Shown here: positions 1-9,832 of the stretch, one piece after another
Numbering within the stretch: the first letter of the stretch is position 1
How the letters are laid out: each line of letters opens with the position of its first letter
NCBI GenBank assembly: GCA_965228895.1
Contig: OZ245842.1
Location: forward strand, 1,888,001 to 1,952,000
Source of the DNA: Alphaproteobacteria bacterium
Lineage (GTDB): Bacteria > Pseudomonadota > Alphaproteobacteria > SP197
Direction of reading: 5' to 3'
DNA length: 64,000 nucleotides
Program-made: the position numbers and the translations under genes
Notes under the pieces: model-generated
Told to the model about the DNA's origin: nothing
What the model saw: the letters and a program-made list of their open reading frames with translations, nothing else
Databases searched by the model: none

Positions 1-1
1 C

Positions 2-991
2 TGCGTTTCCGGACCCTATGAGATCAAGGAGTGGGTGCCCGCCCAGAAGCTGACCCTGGGTACCGTCGACGGCTACGCCGGACCGTTCGCCAACCCGGAC
101 TTCGCCTCGATCGAGGTCTATCCGATCACCGACGAGTCGGCCGCCGAGGTGGCGTTCCTGGCCGGCGAGCTGGATATCACGACGGTGCCGATCACCTCGC
201 TGCCGGAGTTGGAGTCCAATCCGCCGGAAGACGGCACGCTGTTCCAGGCGCCGTCGCTGAAGTATGTCTGGATGGGCATCAACAAGGACAACGAGCAGTT
301 CGAGGACATCCGGTTGCGCCAGGCCGTGCAGTACGCGGTCAACGTCAACCAGATCATGGAGGCCGCCTATTTCGGTCTTGCCGAGCCGGCGACCGGCATC
401 GTACCGCCGGGCCTGGTCGGTCACCGCGACGCGCCCTTGATCGCGTTCGAGGGCGATCCCGACTATTCACGCCAGTTGCTCGAAGAAGCCGGCATGTCCG
501 GCGGTTTCGATTGCCGCATCGATACGCTCAACAAGCAGAGCTATCTGGCGGCCTGTCAGGTTATCCAGTCGAACCTTGCCGATGTCGGCATCAATGCCGA
601 AATCAACGTCCATGACCCCGGTGTCTGGTGGACCATGGGGGATGAGAACGCCGGCGATGACTGGAAAGAGCTGCAGATCATGTACAGCCGCTTTTCGTCC
701 AATCCGGATCCCGGCTGGTACACCATGTGGTTCACGCCGCAGCAGGTCGGCATCTGGAACTGGGAACGGTTCAACAACACCGAGTTTGCCGATCTGCATG
801 CCGAAGCCCTGGTCACCATGGATCCGGCCGTGCGTCAGGGCATGTATGTCGAGATGCAGGACCTGATGGAGGAGTCAGGCTGCTATCGCTTCATCACCAA
901 CGAGCTGACGCCGACGCTCTACAGCAACGCTGTCGTGCCGGCCCTGGGTCCCGACGGACGGATGTTCTGGAAGGAGTTCAAGAAGGCGTAA
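2..991 (+). CDS. ABC transporter substrate-binding protein, family 5 (peptide/nickel); 5' end outside window
   Basis: Frame is open from the window edge (CVSGPYEIKEW, matching the TGPY/F motif). It contains 'F.D.RLRQAVQYAVN', 'IQSNLADVGI' and a C-terminal 'R...Y...Q' typical of SBP_bac_5. Confidence 0.9.
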   Translation, partial: CVSGPYEIKEWVPAQKLTLGTVDGYAGPFANPDFASIEVYPITDESAAEVAFLAGELDITTVPITSLPELESNPPEDGTLFQAPSLKYVWMGINKDNEQFEDIRLRQAVQYAVNVNQIMEAAYFGLAEPATGIVPPGLVGHRDAPLIAFEGDPDYSRQLLEEAGMSGGFDCRIDTLNKQSYLAACQVIQSNLADVGINAEINVHDPGVWWTMGDENAGDDWKELQIMYSRFSSNPDPGWYTMWFTPQQVGIWNWERFNNTEFADLHAEALVTMDPAVRQGMYVEMQDLMEESGCYRFITNELTPTLYSNAVVPALGPDGRMFWKEFKKA

Positions 992-1020
992 CTTGGTTCG
1001 TCTTCGACAACCACCTTAAC

Positions 1021-1062
1021 AAGAAAGGCCGGAAACCTCTCAGTTCCCGGCCTTTTTCTTTT
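1021..1062. terminator. Intrinsic terminator, probably bidirectional
   Basis: AAGAAAGGCCGGAAAC-ctctca-GTTCCCGGCCTTTTTCTTTT hairpin with T-rich and A-rich flanks between convergent genes. Confidence 0.85.
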
Positions 1063-1075
1063 CCCGCGGCGAAGC

Positions 1076-2905
1076 CTAACCGATCAGCCCGCCATCGTTG
1101 CGTCTGATCGTGACAATGGTCGAACGCGGCACACGTGCGCCGCCGTCGGGGAAGTGACTGTTGCCTTTTTCGCCGGGATGCTGAATGCCGACGAACATCG
1201 TGCGACGGTCGGCACTCCAGGCAATGCCGGTAATCTCGCATTCGCGCGGGCCAACCATGAAGCGATGGATCTCACCGGTTTCTGGGTCTGCAACCAGCAT
1301 CTGATTGTTGCCCATGCCGGCAAAGTTACCCTCATTGCTGTAATTGCCGTCGGTCTGGATCCACAACAGGCCGACCGAATCGAAAGCAATGCCGTCAGGC
1401 GAACTGAACATGTTGTCAGCGTTGACGATGCCTGACCCGCGATACTCTTTGTCGTGTACCGTCGGATTGCCGCACATGACAAACAGGTCCCAGGCGAAGC
1501 CGTCAGCCGCATGGTCACCGCCATCGGGAATCCAGCGCACGATCTGGCCATAGTGATTCTCGGCGCGCGGGTTGGGGCCGCCGACCGGCGTCGCGTCGCC
1601 GCCGGCGTTCGGCTTGACACCGCGGTTCTTGTTGTTGGTCAAGGTACAGTAGACTTCGGCCTTGACCGGGTTGGCGCTGATCCACTCAGGCCTGTCCATG
1701 GTCGTCGCCCCGACGGCCGAACCGGCCTGGCGGGTCAGAATGGCGATCTCCGCGTCCGATGCCATGCCGGTTGTCTCCGGTGTCAGGGCAAGCCATGTGC
1801 CGGTGCCATCGCCGTTGAACTTGGCAACATAGAGCTGGCCGCTGTCGAGCAGGTCCGTGTTGTTGCCGCCGACGACATAGGGATTCTCGGTGATAAACCG
1901 ATAGAGGAACTCACCCCGTTCGTCGTCGCCCAGATAGACGACCGCTCGGCCGTCACCGTTGATCACCAGCTCGGCGTTCTCGTGCTTGAAACGGCCCAGT
2001 GCCGTGCGCTTTTTGGGTGTCGAGGTCGGGTTGAAGGGATCGATCTCCACGACATAACCCGCGCGGTTCGGTTCGTTGGGGTTTTTCGAGATGTCGAAGC
2101 GTTCGTCGAACCGCGCCCAGCCGTAGCGATCGTCCCTCAAGCCGACGCCATAACGATCCATTTCCGGCGTGGGCACAAAGTCAGGATCGTTCGACGCGAA
2201 CATATTGTCGAAGTTTTCCTCGCAGGTCAGATAGGTGTCCCAGGGCGTACGGCCGTTGGCGCAGTTGTTCCATGTGCCCAGCGATGTCGTCCCTGTCGGG
2301 TCGGCGGCGGTCTTCATCATATCGTGGCCGCGCGCCGGGCCCGTCAGAGTCATCGGCGTGTCGGCCGTGATGCGGCGGTTATAGGGCGAATCCAAGACGA
2401 CATGCCAGCGGCCGTTCTGCTCCGCGACTTCCATCACCGAAACACCCATGGAGGCCTTGCTCTTGCGCACGTCTTCGACGTTCTCGGGCTTAAGGGATGC
2501 GCGGTCGCCGTGAATGATGTCGACATTTGTGTATTCGTTGTTCACCACCAGGATGCTGCGTTCGCCGTCGGTGAACAGCGACATGCCATCATTGTTGTCG
2601 CCAAACGATAACTCCTGACTCGTGCTGTCGCCGCGCGTCGCCTGGTCGAACGACGCACCGTGCGACCACAAGGGATCGCCCCAACGGATCAGGACCTGCC
2701 AGTTGTAACCGTTCGGCAACGTCACGGTATCCATAGTGTTGGCCGGTACCGGCTCAAAGCCGAAGCGGCCCGCCGCCCGCGTAGACCTGGGCGACAGTGC
2801 CGTCGTTGCCATGACAAAGGCGGCTGCGCCCATGGTTGCGCCACCCAAAAGGCTGCGTCGCGACAGTGCGCGCTTTGTCAGAATCTCGAAATCCGTGGTT
2901 GCCAT
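1076..2905 (-). CDS. phoX: PhoX-family alkaline phosphatase, Tat-exported
   Basis: SRRSLL twin-arginine signal; motifs GDNNDGM, NCANG.TPW.TYLTCEEN, GRFKHE, MDRPEW, LWIQTD, CEITG and IQHPG. Start uncertain (2905 or 2923). Confidence 0.92.
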   Translation of the reverse strand: MATTDFEILTKRALSRRSLLGGATMGAAAFVMATTALSPRSTRAAGRFGFEPVPANTMDTVTLPNGYNWQVLIRWGDPLWSHGASFDQATRGDSTSQELSFGDNNDGMSLFTDGERSILVVNNEYTNVDIIHGDRASLKPENVEDVRKSKASMGVSVMEVAEQNGRWHVVLDSPYNRRITADTPMTLTGPARGHDMMKTAADPTGTTSLGTWNNCANGRTPWDTYLTCEENFDNMFASNDPDFVPTPEMDRYGVGLRDDRYGWARFDERFDISKNPNEPNRAGYVVEIDPFNPTSTPKKRTALGRFKHENAELVINGDGRAVVYLGDDERGEFLYRFITENPYVVGGNNTDLLDSGQLYVAKFNGDGTGTWLALTPETTGMASDAEIAILTRQAGSAVGATTMDRPEWISANPVKAEVYCTLTNNKNRGVKPNAGGDATPVGGPNPRAENHYGQIVRWIPDGGDHAADGFAWDLFVMCGNPTVHDKEYRGSGIVNADNMFSSPDGIAFDSVGLLWIQTDGNYSNEGNFAGMGNNQMLVADPETGEIHRFMVGPRECEITGIAWSADRRTMFVGIQHPGEKGNSHFPDGGARVPRSTIVTIRRNDGGLIG

Positions 2906-2956
2906 CAGCCGGCTCCCGACCACGCACCATGCGGCTGCGAGACGGTGCGAGCGTCG

Positions 2957-3895
2957 CTAAAAGTCTACTTGGTCGCCGCCCTTCAGCGCCAGCATCTCGC
3001 GCGCTTCGGTGGGCGAGGCCACTTCCAGCGATAGCTCCTCAAGGATGCGCCGAATCTTCGCGACCTGGTCGGCGTTCGATTCGGCAAGCTGACCTTTGCC
3101 GATGTAGAGGCTGTCTTCGAGGCCGACCCGGACGTTGGAGCCCATCACCGCTGCCATCGTGCAGAGCGCCATCTGGTGGCGCCCGCCGGCCAGTGTCGAC
3201 CAGTAGTATTGGTCGCCGAACAAGCGGTCGGCCGTGTCTTTCATGAACACCACGTTCTGAGGGTCGGCGCCGATGCCGCCCAGAATACCGAAAATTGTCT
3301 GCAGAAAGACCGGCGGCTTGACCAGACCGCGATCGAGCAGGCTCGCCATGTTGTAGAGATGGCCGACGTCGTAACACTCAAACTCGAAGCGGGTCCCGCA
3401 CCCTTCACCAAGTTCTTTAAGAATGTACTCCATATCTCTGTAGGTATTGCGAAAAATGAAGTCCTTAGAGCCTTCGATGTGCTGGTGTTCCCAGTCGTAC
3501 TTGAACTCCTTGTAGCGGTTCAGCATGGGAAACAGGCCGAAGTTCATTGAGCCCATGTTGAAGCTGCACATTTCCGGTTTGGCCCTGAGCGGTGCGGCCA
3601 GCCGTTCTTCTGGGCTCATACCGGCGCCGCCGCCGGTCGTGATGTTCACGACGGCGTCGGTGTTCTGTTTGATCCGCGGCAGGAACTCCATGAAGACGTC
3701 GGGATCGGGCGTTGGCCGCCCGTCTTTGGGATCGCGCGCGTGGAGGTGAATGATCGCCGCGCCGGCTTCGGCGGCCGCGATCGATTCGCGCGCGATTTCG
3801 TCGGGCGTGATCGGCAGGTGGGGCGACATGGTCGGGGTATGGATCGACCCCGTGACCGCGCATGTGATGATGACTTTCTGTTGTGATTTGGCCAT
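2957..3895 (-). CDS. Beta-keto acid cleavage enzyme (BKACE/DUF849, 3-keto-5-aminohexanoate cleavage family)
   Basis: IITCAVTG, AGAAIIHLHARD (Zn-binding HxH), EFECYD.GH and NVRVGLED motifs. Confidence 0.92.
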   Translation of the reverse strand: MAKSQQKVIITCAVTGSIHTPTMSPHLPITPDEIARESIAAAEAGAAIIHLHARDPKDGRPTPDPDVFMEFLPRIKQNTDAVVNITTGGGAGMSPEERLAAPLRAKPEMCSFNMGSMNFGLFPMLNRYKEFKYDWEHQHIEGSKDFIFRNTYRDMEYILKELGEGCGTRFEFECYDVGHLYNMASLLDRGLVKPPVFLQTIFGILGGIGADPQNVVFMKDTADRLFGDQYYWSTLAGGRHQMALCTMAAVMGSNVRVGLEDSLYIGKGQLAESNADQVAKIRRILEELSLEVASPTEAREMLALKGGDQVDF

Positions 3896-4100
3896 GGCTT
3901 CCCCCGTGATCTCGCTCGTGTTGGCGTCGCCAATCCTAGCGGTCGTCGTGCGACCTGTCCGCCCTCATGGGACGGGAAAATTGCGGCGGCATAAACCTTG
4001 TGCTGTCGCTACCGGCGATGGGCTATGCTTCAGGCACAGGGCCCGCCGGCGGGCCGTCATGGCGGTCAGACCCGGGACTGCCTGTCAAGGGGAGGGGCAC

Positions 4101-4508
4101 ATGGACTTTGCCGCGATCAACTACATTGCTGTCGTTGTCGCGACGGTGGCGAGTTTTATCTTCGGCTCGATCTACTACATGGCCGCCGCCAAGCCCTGGC
4201 GTAACGCCATCGGCAAGACGGAAGCCGAGGTCAAGGAAAACATGAAGCCGATGCCGTTCGTCGTGGCGGTCGTCGCGCAGCTTGTCATGGCCTATACGCT
4301 GGCCGCTGTGATTATCAGCCTGGGCGAGGTGACGCCCGAGGCCGGCCTCTACGTCGGCTTCTTGATGTGGTTCGGCTTTGTCCTGACGTCGATGGCCGTC
4401 AACCACGGCTTCCAGGGCGCCAAGCGGAACCTGACCGTCATCGACGGCATCCACTGGCTTGCCGTCCTCCTGGTTCAGGGCCTGGTGATTGGCCTGTTTG
4501 GCGTCTGA
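4101..4508 (+). CDS. DUF1761-like 4-TM membrane protein
   Basis: GGAGG RBS before ATG 4101; 'INYIAVVVA...FIFGSIYY' start and 'IDGIHW' near the end; four hydrophobic segments. Confidence 0.8.
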   Translation: MDFAAINYIAVVVATVASFIFGSIYYMAAAKPWRNAIGKTEAEVKENMKPMPFVVAVVAQLVMAYTLAAVIISLGEVTPEAGLYVGFLMWFGFVLTSMAVNHGFQGAKRNLTVIDGIHWLAVLLVQGLVIGLFGV

Positions 4509-4510
4509 GA

Positions 4511-4683
4511 TTCTTTGTTTGGGTGGCACCGCCAGCCCACGCCCCCGCCTCCGGGGCAAAACGCCGAGAGGCGTTTTCGCCGAGGCCACCCCTTCTTTGT
4601 TTGGGTGGCACCGCCAGCCCACGCCCCCGCCCGGCCACCCCGAGGATACTGCCATGGGTGGCCGGGCGGGGGCGTGGGCTGGC
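4511..4683. repeat. Composite REP-like element: two 39-bp direct repeats plus a 28-bp perfect inverted repeat
   Basis: TTCTTTGTTTGGGTGGCACCGCCAGCCCACGCCCCCGCC occurs at 4511-4549 and 4593-4631. Inverted-repeat arms at 4613-4640 and 4656-4683 enclose a 15-nt loop. Confidence 0.9.
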
Positions 4684-4699
4684 TATGGCCGGCACTTAG

Positions 4700-6193
4700 C
4701 TAGTAGTTGGGCCGTTCCGGACAGTCCGGCTCCAGCGGATAGATCGGCCGGCGCACCTTCTCGAAGGTGAAGAGGGTGTTGTCGCTGCTGGTGACGCCGA
4801 CACCGTTGCACGGGATTTCGTGGCGCGCGATCGCGGCAAAACCGGCGCGGTGATGAATGCGCGACTTCAACACCAGGTAACGCTTCTCGGTTGGCTCGAT
4901 GCCGACGCTGCGGAAACAGCCGAGGTCATACGGTTCCGTATGGCGGGAGATGACGACGATCTGCACGTTGCCGGTGTCGAGCACGGCGCTCTTGCCCATC
5001 GACATCGTCGTGCCGCGCCCCATGGGCACGGTGACGATGAAGTCGCCATCGGTCAGCGCGCGTACCCGGCCGGTGATCTCGATCGGCTCGCCCATCTTGC
5101 CGATCGTCGGCATGTCGACCTTGCCGCCGAGCGAAAGCGTGACGGTTTCGCCGACACCGGCCGCCGCCATTTGGTCGACCGCCTGGGGATCACAGATCGC
5201 GAAGAAGGCGACGTCCTCGAGCCCCTGGTCGATGACCTCTTTGAGAACCGCGGTCGTCTCCTGGGTGCCGCCCGAGGCGGAGTTGTCGGCATGGTCCAGC
5301 AGCACGATCGGGCCGTCCGTCAGCGACTTGGCCTGCGCGATGGTGTCGCCCAGCGGCTCGGAATGAAAGATCCATTCGGCGCGTTCCTGCCACGCTTTCT
5401 GCAGCATCGCCTCGCATTGCTGCTCGGCGGCGACCCGGTCGCCATCGGCGATGGTCACGACGGATAGGCCGGCATCGTGAAAGTCAGCGAGGGGGAAACC
5501 ACCGAAGATGGAGGCCGCCAGCAGGCCGTCACTTTCGGCCTGACGTGCCATGGCGAGCATCGTCTTCATTGGCTCGTCGTCATGGCCCATGCGCAGTGTC
5601 TGCGCCAGGATCGGCCGGCTGCCCCAGACCATGACCGGTGAGACCTCGCCCGCGAGCGCGCGCACCATGATCTTGCCGGCATGGGCGCCGGCTTCGTACA
5701 TGTCGATATGGGGATAGGTCTTGTAACCAACCAGGACCGTGCAGTTGTCGACGATGTCGTCGGTGATGTTGGCGTGCAGGTCCAGGCTGATCGCGATCGG
5801 CAGGTCCGGCGCGATGGTGCGGAGGCGCTTCAGCAAGGTGCCTTCGCCGTCATCGGTCGTTTCGCCGACCATGGCGCCATGCAGGTCGAGAAAACAGACA
5901 TCGCAGCCGGCTTCGACGGCCTCGCAAATGGCATCGCACATGGTGGTGTAGGCGGCGGCATCGACCTTGCCGCTGGGCGCAGCGTTGCCGGCGATCGGCG
6001 TCACCATCTCCATGCCTTCGGCTTCCGCGATATCGAGGAAGGCGCCGATGCCGGTGCCCGTTCCCTTGAAGCGCTTGTAGACCTCATCACCCGTCGGCAC
6101 GTCGGGGCTGCCGAAGCGTGACAGCGGTGTTGGCACCGGCGAAAACGTGTTCGTCTCGTGCTCCATCATCGCGACGACTGCGCGCAACGTCAT
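4700..6193 (-). CDS. M81 family metallopeptidase (MlrC-like)
   Basis: HETNTFS, LDLHGAM, SLDLHAN, YKTYPHID and DHADN motifs. Confidence 0.9.
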   Translation of the reverse strand: MTLRAVVAMMEHETNTFSPVPTPLSRFGSPDVPTGDEVYKRFKGTGTGIGAFLDIAEAEGMEMVTPIAGNAAPSGKVDAAAYTTMCDAICEAVEAGCDVCFLDLHGAMVGETTDDGEGTLLKRLRTIAPDLPIAISLDLHANITDDIVDNCTVLVGYKTYPHIDMYEAGAHAGKIMVRALAGEVSPVMVWGSRPILAQTLRMGHDDEPMKTMLAMARQAESDGLLAASIFGGFPLADFHDAGLSVVTIADGDRVAAEQQCEAMLQKAWQERAEWIFHSEPLGDTIAQAKSLTDGPIVLLDHADNSASGGTQETTAVLKEVIDQGLEDVAFFAICDPQAVDQMAAAGVGETVTLSLGGKVDMPTIGKMGEPIEITGRVRALTDGDFIVTVPMGRGTTMSMGKSAVLDTGNVQIVVISRHTEPYDLGCFRSVGIEPTEKRYLVLKSRIHHRAGFAAIARHEIPCNGVGVTSSDNTLFTFEKVRRPIYPLEPDCPERPNY

Positions 6194-6207
6194 AACGTCT
6201 TTCCCGG

Positions 6208-6855
6208 CTAAATGTTGTGCGGACGGTAGGCTTCGCCAACCGTCAGGGTCCAGCGCACGATGCTCTTCAGCACCTTGCCCAAGGCCTCGTCCATCGCTTC
6301 TACGATGGGTAGAATGCTATCGGCCGACGCCGGTTCGACCGCTTCGAAACTGCTGTTGGCGACGATCAGGCGATCGGGCATTTCGACGAGTTTGCAGTTG
6401 ATCCGCACGCGCGCGTTGGGCGCCCCGCCGTTGTCGTACTCCATCTGAAACTCGCGCACCTCGACCAGCAGCACGAAGTCGCTGCGCAGGCCGACCGACT
6501 GGCGCCCGACCGATGTGATCATGCCGGAGTTCTCGAACGATTCGACAATCAGGCCCTGGACCATCAGGGGTGCACGATCGGTCCAGTTGGAGTTGGCGTA
6601 GTACTCGACGCGGATCTGGTTGCGCATCAGCGCGATACGTTGGGTGTTGATGCCGGCAGGCGCGACCGGAATGTCGACAACCAGCTGCCAGTTCACCGGA
6701 GTCAGGCCCTCGCCGAACGTGCTTTTCGGTGTCAGGCGGTAAAGATTGGGTGGAGTCTCAATTTTCTCGATGAACGATGAGGCGCCGCACCCGGCCAACG
6801 GCACGGCAAGCAGTCCGGTCAGCATGGTTCGACGCGCGAGGGATGAAGACTGCAT
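6208..6855 (-). CDS. ABC-type transport auxiliary lipoprotein (PqiC-like)
   Basis: RR-containing signal with LAGC lipobox; 'YYANSNWTD' motif; lies directly after the MCE gene. Confidence 0.85.
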   Translation of the reverse strand: MQSSSLARRTMLTGLLAVPLAGCGASSFIEKIETPPNLYRLTPKSTFGEGLTPVNWQLVVDIPVAPAGINTQRIALMRNQIRVEYYANSNWTDRAPLMVQGLIVESFENSGMITSVGRQSVGLRSDFVLLVEVREFQMEYDNGGAPNARVRINCKLVEMPDRLIVANSSFEAVEPASADSILPIVEAMDEALGKVLKSIVRWTLTVGEAYRPHNI

Positions 6856-6870
6856 GATCAATGACCGCTG

Positions 6871-7878
6871 TTATTGAGTCTGGTAGCCGGATTGGTTGCC
6901 GCCCAGGAGGAATGATGCGGGGTCGCGCTCCAACTGCTGCGCTATCTGTGACAGCGATGCGATGAGGGCGCGGCCATCCACCAGGAACTGGCCGAACTCG
7001 TAAAGTCCCGTCTCCGTGAAGTCCCGGATGGCAACACGATTCTCGTTGAGGATGGCGTTGGCCGTATCGGCGGTCTGCGTGAAACTGCTCAGCATCGCGT
7101 CCAGTTTCGGATTGGTCTCCTCGACCGCGGTATTCACCGTTGTCAGCGTCGTCTCCAGTTTGTTGAGCGTGGCGTTGACGTTGGTCGTGATGGTATCGAG
7201 GCTCTTCTTGAAGTCGGCAGTCAGTTCTTTGATCTCGGCCGTCGTCTGTTCGACGTTCTCGAATGTCTTCCGGCCGTCCTCAATGATCTCGCCGATCGAT
7301 GCGCGATGTTTGGAGAGCTCTTCGGTAAAGGCCTCGACATTCGCCAGCGTCGAGGCGAGCGCTTCGCGATTTTGTTCGTCGAGCAGCATGTTGGCGCGCT
7401 CGAGAAGTTCGTGGGCCGATTTCAGAACCTCAGGCGCCGTCGTGAAGAGCTGCTGCAACGCGGACTCCTCCGACTTGATCGTCGCGATGTTTTCGCCAGG
7501 ATCCGGTTCCAGATCAGGGGCACCTTCGGTGCCGGCTTTGATCTGAATGTAAGAGACACCGGTGATGCCCTGCATTTCGACTGACGCCACCGAGTCCGTC
7601 TTGACCGGCGTATCGCTTTTGACCTGGACAACGACGCGCACCAAGTCTGGATCGAACGGGTCGATTTCGATGGTGCGCACGGTGCCGACCGGAATGCCGA
7701 GGTAGCTGACCGTGCTGTCCACGGCCAGACCGGTGACAGCGCCGGAGAACAGGATCTGGTAGTTCGTGTAGCGTTGGGTGGTGTCGAACTTGGCGAGCCA
7801 GATAACGAAGCCCGCCATCGCGACGACAAGCACCAGCACGAAGGTGCCGACCAAGGTATAGCTAGCGCGGGTTTCCAT
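6871..7878 (-). CDS. MlaD/MCE family protein with helical extension
   Basis: METRASY.LVG.FVL N-terminal TM, GLAVDSTVSYLGIPVG and QGITGVSYI motifs, long helical tail. Confidence 0.92.
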   Translation of the reverse strand: METRASYTLVGTFVLVLVVAMAGFVIWLAKFDTTQRYTNYQILFSGAVTGLAVDSTVSYLGIPVGTVRTIEIDPFDPDLVRVVVQVKSDTPVKTDSVASVEMQGITGVSYIQIKAGTEGAPDLEPDPGENIATIKSEESALQQLFTTAPEVLKSAHELLERANMLLDEQNREALASTLANVEAFTEELSKHRASIGEIIEDGRKTFENVEQTTAEIKELTADFKKSLDTITTNVNATLNKLETTLTTVNTAVEETNPKLDAMLSSFTQTADTANAILNENRVAIRDFTETGLYEFGQFLVDGRALIASLSQIAQQLERDPASFLLGGNQSGYQTQ

Positions 7879-7883
7879 GCTTT

Positions 7884-8696
7884 TTACTCGCCAAAGGCTG
7901 CGCGTGCCCGGGGGCCGCGGAAGTATTCCTGGATCCAGGGATGATCCAGCTTCAGGAGTTCTTCGATCGTCCCCACAACGATCTTTTTGTCGATCAGCAC
8001 GGCAATACGGTCGCAGATCGCGATCAGACTGTCCAGGTCATGCGTGACCATAAAGACCGTCAGGCCAAGGCTTTCGCGCAAACTGCCGATCAACTGGTCG
8101 AAGTTGGCGGCGCCGATCGGATCAAGCCCGGCCGTCGGCTCGTCCAGGAAAAGGATACCGGGATCTAGCGCCAGGGCGCGGGCCAGGCCGGCGCGTTTGC
8201 GCATGCCGCCGGAGAGTTCTGAGGGAAACTTCGCCGCGGTGTCGACAGGCAGACCGGTCATGGTGATCTTGACCCGCGCCAGTTCGTCCATCAGCCGCGG
8301 CGAGAGTTTGGTGTATTCCTTGATCGGCACCTGGATGTTTTCGGCGACCGTCAACGAACTGAAGAGAGCGCCGTCTTGAAACAGCACGCCCCAATGGGCA
8401 CGCAGTGCCTTGGCTTCGCGCGCCGTCAGGGTCTTGGTGTCTTGACCCAGCACCTCGATGGTGCCGGCTTGCTGCTGGCGCAGACCGACGATGGTGCGTA
8501 GCAGCACCGACTTGCCGGAACCCGAACCGCCGACGACACCCAGGACTTCGCCCTCAAGCACGTCCAGGTCCAGGTTGTCGTGTACGACCTGGGTGCCGAA
8601 CTGGTTGCGCAGACCGCGGACCCGAATGACCGGCTCGCCTTTCGGCGTGTGCAGATCGCTTGGCGAGTCAAACTCTTGGTCGTCTCTTAACGCCAT
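7884..8696 (-). CDS. MlaF-like ABC transporter ATP-binding protein
   Basis: Walker A GGSGSGKS, LFQDGALF, LSGGMRKR and DEPTAGLDP. The ATG overlaps the permease stop (TGATG). Confidence 0.92.
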   Translation of the reverse strand: MALRDDQEFDSPSDLHTPKGEPVIRVRGLRNQFGTQVVHDNLDLDVLEGEVLGVVGGSGSGKSVLLRTIVGLRQQQAGTIEVLGQDTKTLTAREAKALRAHWGVLFQDGALFSSLTVAENIQVPIKEYTKLSPRLMDELARVKITMTGLPVDTAAKFPSELSGGMRKRAGLARALALDPGILFLDEPTAGLDPIGAANFDQLIGSLRESLGLTVFMVTHDLDSLIAICDRIAVLIDKKIVVGTIEELLKLDHPWIQEYFRGPRARAAFGE

Positions 8697-9832
8697 CAGA
8701 TTCCCAAGAACGAGAAGAGCACGGAGAAGAAGGCATCGAGCACGATGACCAGGAAGATGGCCTGGACGACGGCCTTGGTTGTCATCTGGCCGACGCTCTC
8801 GGCGCTGCCGGCGACCTTCAAGCCGTTGTAGCAGCCGATCATGGCGATCACGAAAGCAAAGAACGGCGCCTTGATGATGCCGACCCAGAATGCCCACATC
8901 GGCACCGCGCTGTTCAACTGGTCAATGAACCGCGTCACCGAGATATCAAGCACGAAGATCGACATGATGGCGCCGCCGATCAGGCCGAGGATATCGGCAT
9001 AGAAGCCCAACAGCGGCAGCACGATCATGAGCGCAACCAGGCGCGGAATGACCAGCAACTGGATCGGGCTTAAGCCCAGCGCGCTCATGGCGTCGATCTC
9101 TTCGTTGACCTTCATCGTGCCGATCTGCGCGGTAAAGGCGCTGCCGGACCGGCCGGCGACAATGATGGCCGTGATCAAGATACCGATCTCGCGCAGGAAC
9201 GAGACGCCAAGCAGATTGACCGTGAAGATCTCCGCGCCGAAACGGCGGAGCTGATCGGCACCCTGGAACGCGATGACGATACCGATCAAAAAGGCGAGCA
9301 ACCCGACGATGGGCAGGGCGTTCAGCCCGGTCTGCTGCATCTGGCTGACCACCGGAATCAGCTTGATGCGTTTGGGATGCACCAGCATGTGGCCGACGGC
9401 AACGCAGATCTCACCAAAGAACGACAGAAGTTCACCGGCTTCTTTTCCCGCCTGAACGGTCCGGTAACCGACATTTTCGACCAAGCCCAAAATGGGGTGA
9501 AACGGCCTTTTCTCGAGATCAGGCTTTTCCTGGCATGCAACGATGTGGTCGAAAAGGTGCTGGAACTCCGGTTTTATGTTCTCGAACGCGGCGTCGTAGC
9601 CCTCGTCAGTCAAACGCTGACGCAGCCGGAAAAGCACCCAGGCACCTGCGGTATCCAGCTTTTCGATGCCTGCGAGATCGATTTGGACCTTGCTGCCGCT
9701 GGGCGGGCTGATGGCGCGCACGGAATCATCCAGCGACTGCACCGTCGTGATGTCCCAGACGCCGTCTGCCTTTACGATGCAGCGGCCGTCGCCTCCTGAA
9801 AGGGCAAGCGTGCCCTTGTTCATCACAGCCAT
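8696..9832 (-). CDS. MlaE family permease with N-terminal STAS domain
   Basis: DLAGIEKLDTAG (STAS), LREIG, AGRSGSAFTAQIGTMKVNEEIDA and VGQMTTKAVV motifs. Start placed at MAVMNK. Confidence 0.92.
   Translation of the reverse strand: MAVMNKGTLALSGGDGRCIVKADGVWDITTVQSLDDSVRAISPPSGSKVQIDLAGIEKLDTAGAWVLFRLRQRLTDEGYDAAFENIKPEFQHLFDHIVACQEKPDLEKRPFHPILGLVENVGYRTVQAGKEAGELLSFFGEICVAVGHMLVHPKRIKLIPVVSQMQQTGLNALPIVGLLAFLIGIVIAFQGADQLRRFGAEIFTVNLLGVSFLREIGILITAIIVAGRSGSAFTAQIGTMKVNEEIDAMSALGLSPIQLLVIPRLVALMIVLPLLGFYADILGLIGGAIMSIFVLDISVTRFIDQLNSAVPMWAFWVGIIKAPFFAFVIAMIGCYNGLKVAGSAESVGQMTTKAVVQAIFLVIVLDAFFSVLFSFLGI

Noticed and set aside
4511-4631. CRISPR mini-array (39-bp repeat, 43-bp spacer)
   Set aside because: Only two repeats, no cas genes and no AT-rich leader. 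The spacer is itself a hairpin and the repeat is part of a long inverted repeat, so it is REP-like.
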